Under the pieces are notes generated by a model. That model saw only the letters and a list, made by a program, of their open reading frames with translations. It had not been told where the DNA came from and made no database searches. A DNA stretch of 64,000 nt from NCBI GenBank assembly GCA_047495785.1, contig JBLDXI010000007.1, positions 3,348,001-3,412,000 of the forward strand, written 5' to 3'. Of the stretch, positions 60,090 through 64,000 are shown one piece after another. Both the position numbers and the translations under genes were made by a program. Numbering within the stretch: position 1 is the first letter of the stretch; each line of letters opens with the position of its first letter. Source of the DNA: Lepidodermella squamata (taxonomy: Eukaryota; Animalia; Gastrotricha).

Positions 60090-61767
60090 AACTCAAAGCG
60101 CTATATCGCGGAGTAGGCGAGAGAGCCACTGGACTAAAATAGAAACTAATAGTGTTTTTGATGCGACTCGGATTGTGACTCGGAAATCGGTGGAGACTCA
60201 TTAATTGCCACGCTGTATACTCTGCAGTCCTTTAGGTGGCTCTTGGGGTCTCAGGTTAGAGCCATAATAGACCATGGCTTAGTCAGCCGTAGTTGTGATT
60301 TTCGTGAAATTCGCCTTGAAATTGTTTAGAATTGTTTAGAAATTTAGAACACCTCGCAAAACGTAAAAATAACCTAATTTTTACATGAAAAATAGCAATA
60401 AATATATCTTTCGCGGATCGAGTCTTAATTACTATAACTGCAAAACCTGTGGTAAATTTAGAGCAAAATAATTGTTTCAGGAGCAATTGCAACAGATATA
60501 ACCATAGACATAATTTAAGATAGACTGACTACTCACGAGAAAAGAGCGGAACACCATGGGTCGCAGATGATGTTCAGCCTAATCATGAAAATAGGTCCGA
60601 ATTTCGGTGGGAAAGTAAACAAAGAAGTTGATTTTCTTCGACCGATTTCGTTTTTTCAGCGCTGGTTCTCTGAAGTTTGCTGATGATACCTAGACGAAAA
60701 TTTTACGACGAACACTATGGTTATTTTTTCTTTATTTTTGGATTTTTTTAAATGGGTGAAAATTAACTTTTAAGTTTTTGAGCTTGCAAATAAAATATAA
60801 AATCGACAGGATTAAAAGCGAAATTGAAGCGGTTGCCGACGCTTCTAAACGCTTTATTTTGAGCCCACGTTTGACCTTCAACGATTTTTTACTGAATTTT
60901 AGCAATTTTTGGAGTTTTTCGGTGGGAAAAACCATGAATTAATTTTCACATGAAATTTTTCTCAATTAATAGCGCCTTCTCGGTTCCATAAACACATTTC
61001 GCAGCTAACAGTAAATTGAAATGCCTCATTCATCCATTTCTTCTTAGAGAACCCCGTCATAGTGCGTCAAACTGGGTCGCTGAAAGAAAATAAAATATTC
61101 GAAATATTTACGCGTAACTGCTCGATGTTTGAATGATTCATGTAAATTTCACATGAAATTTCGAAGTTTCTACTGAAAAAACGTGTTTCTTCCGGTTTCA
61201 CTGTCTCTAACTGTTGCATTCATTCAGTACAATCTGCGGCCTGTGTTACTTCGACCCATCCGAAGGTAGCACAGGAGCTTTCGAACTCAAGAGATTTACA
61301 GTAATCTGTAACAAACATAATTGAAAATTTTGCCAGCCTAAATTTTATTTATTTATGAAAATGTTTCAATAAAAAAAATCAGAAAAAACATAGTGCAAAA
61401 TCGCGATTGAGAACAGAAGGAAACGAAACGAATCGATGGGAAATTCAGAAGGATTAGCGGAGAAAGTCTGTTGAGTGAAAATAATGCGGAAAGTCGGCGC
61501 ATCTAATTATTGCGGATGAAAATTGCTGATGTTGGTGTATTAAATACATATTTCAGACAGCTCTGATTATCATTATTACTATAAAAAAATTGCAATGAAA
61601 TTTGAGCAGCTTTTGATCCGAATACAGCGACCTCGAACAATTAACTTGCCTTGAAAATCATGTGAAAATCTCGAATCTAAAATCTATCGGTAAATTCTGA
61701 ATTTTGAATTTTTTCGTTTTCTTAAGGTATTTTCCGAACTACAATTTAGGGTGGCTTGCATCAGCCG

Positions 61768-61965
61768 CATTTTGTTGCATAATTATTCAAAGATTAGTTT
61801 TAAGAAGGTATCTCAAGAAAAATTATCTCAAGAAAAAGCAAGAAATATTTACAAAGACCAGAGCATATTTTGTTGCATAATTATTCAAAGATTAGTTTTA
61901 AGAAGGTATCTCAAGAAAAGGTATCTCAAGAAAAAGCAAGAAATATTTACAAAGACCAGAGCATT
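61768..61965. repeat. Direct tandem duplication of a ~97-bp unit
   Basis: ttttgttgcataattattcaaagattagttttaagaaggtatctcaag...acaaagaccagagcat occurs twice. Confidence 0.9.
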
Positions 61966-61995
61966 TGACAAATGAGACACAAATCATAGCATTTT

Positions 61996-62659
61996 TCATA
62001 GATGTTTACCCTTCGCCCAAGAGTCAAACTTTTTATTTATAGATCGCGTCGAATGACGACGAGTCGGAGGGCTGTATGGAGGAGGACGATCTTCAAGAAA
62101 AGGGGCTGAAGGCCCTGGGGCCATTTCAGAGGCAGGGGTTTCGGTCGGCTTAGCTCTAATTACAAAAATATAACAAAATTAGTTTATTCACTGTTGAAGG
62201 GGAATCGGTCATTTACCCTCTTAGAAAAAAGAAATTCGAAGCCAGGCGAATAAAATGATATGTAACATTCAAGGCTGGCGGCAAAAATTGAGCAAAGATC
62301 ACCAATCCGGCAAACGTGACGAGACCCAACGTCTCCTTAAGGGTTTTCAGAGGCACGCTGATACCTTCTGCAAACAGTTCCAACAGAGCAGACCACGGGC
62401 TGGTCTAAAACAGCGAGATTCATGGCAACAGTGAAAAAATACATTCACAGGTTCAACTTACCTTTTCAAAATACATTTTATAGAAAAAAGACGAAAAAAA
62501 TCCCCCCCAAACTACGCTGAGGAGGGCTTTTTTCGGTTGTTTGACAAAGAAATACGACGTCATTGTTAATAGAAAGAGTAATACGAGCAAGTAAGCGTAA
62601 TCATCTGTTGAAGATGGAGTGCAATCATAAACGAGACACCTCCAATCGTTTTTTTTCAT
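61996..62659 (-). CDS. Small orphan multi-pass membrane protein with PSAP and PPPY motifs (~181 aa)
   Basis: Exons 62659-62462, 62404-62217, 62154-61996 are phase-consistent; hydrophobic segments followed by APGPSAPFLEDRPPPYSPP. Confidence 0.7.
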
Positions 62660-64000
62660 TTTTCAAGAACCTAAACGGAAAAAAAATTATGATACAGTAT
62701 TAAGGTGGTTTCACGAATTTGCGAAGGGCGCAACAAAATCGCGCGCGGAAAGGAAGTGCGACACTTGAACGATTCGACGGCATCCATAGTCGTGCGTGCA
62801 CGAAACTATGCATCCCAGCGGTGAAATGAGAGCGGGCGATGAAGTTTTACTATAATCAGCTTTTCGAGTATTAACTCTGATTTTCAGATTTTTCAGAGCC
62901 ACCGAGCGAAATTCGCGCGCTAAGGTGACGCGCTCGTAGCCGCCCGCGATTATTCGCTCATTAGTAACCCACCTTAGGCAGCATTTTCCAATTCCAGCTG
63001 TCCTTGAGCGGGCAGCAATGCACCGCCTAGCATTGCCAAAAAGGACGCGATGTCCGTGGTCGATAGTCTGCGAGAAGATTTCGCATTATTATACATTTAA
63101 ACACAGCAAAATCTACATGCCGATTGGTGATGATCTTTGTCAAGGCCCAAACGAGGAACTTGAGAAGGGCACGCCGCCCAAAGCGCCACCAAATTACCAT
63201 CAATAACGTAATAAAAAAAATGAAAGCAGCGATGGCTGCAGCGGCTGCAGCGGCTGCTGTCGAAGCTAAGATGGAGTAGCTGCGCATGAAATAAAACGAG
63301 GACGTCGCAGAAGATACCTGTATTATCTGTTTGCTGACACGGGCCGCAAAAAAAACAACTTCCTACGTTCCGCAGACACTCTCGGACAGTCTTACCTAAG
63401 AGATTGGCTTGTTATTACACCTAACGCATGTATTCACTAAATAACTTACTGGTTCTTTCGGTGCACGTATCCATGGATCACTTTTTTATCGATCTATAAT
63501 CATTTCAGAATGTCGTTTCAAAGAGGGAGAAAAGAAAAAAGAACGGAGGAAATCAATAAAATCGCTACACTGATCATGGAAGAATGAAGTTGATAGTTGA
63601 TGCAGCGACCACAAAATGGTGAAATAGGTCATGTTCTGCAATCCGGGTGCGTGCCGCTAGGCAATAAAAACTCAGAATTAGGTCAATGATAGGCTAATAA
63701 TGTATTGGGCCACCGCCTGCCCTCATAAAAGCCGATGGCTTACGCCTTGACGTCAAAAAAAGTAGGACAACATAATGGCTGAAACGAGTTATCTAATGCT
63801 ACTACAGACTAAATGAAATACCGCAATTTTAAGAATGAGAATGAAATGAAAAAAATTATTACCTCTTCAAACCAAAAGAATCAGTCACCCGCCTCCTAGT
63901 CGGAGAATATTTTGCTTTTGTTGTAAAATTCAAAATCTTCCGAAGTCTCGACTATCCGTCAGTTTTCTTCCTTATTATATTTCCGGTTATAAGACTTTAA

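Noticed and set aside
63018-63287. Short ORFs with poly-Ala on both strands
   Set aside because: No recognisable motif and no consistent exon chain could be built.

Overview
Eukaryotic (invertebrate-type) genomic DNA with mostly 45-65 nt introns. The window is dominated by a minus-strand tandem array of unusual Cys-loop (pentameric ligand-gated) ion channel genes: five complete genes (B 3286-6827, C 11231-22668, D 25462-29028, E 36409-39926, F 47596-50269), one running off the left edge (A 1478-2301), and several fragments. Each encodes signal peptide - [~200-aa beta-rich domain + Thr-rich mucin-like stalk] x 1, 2 or 3 - Cys-loop ligand-binding domain - four TM helices with almost no intracellular loop. 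The acetylcholine-binding residues are mostly absent and the selectivity filter is a hybrid PDR motif. I read this as a candidate family of stalked lectin-like-domain ionotropic sensory receptors; that function is inference. The window also contains a probably secreted neprilysin with three decayed copies of its last exon, each upstream of a B-type channel gene, an intronless GABA-B-like class C GPCR, a NEMP homologue, three orphan membrane proteins, and many transposable elements (nested MULE, Sola1-like transposase, CR1/L2 LINE pieces, MITEs). Exon models were built by hand from splice signals, reading phase and paralogue comparison. No database searches were run.
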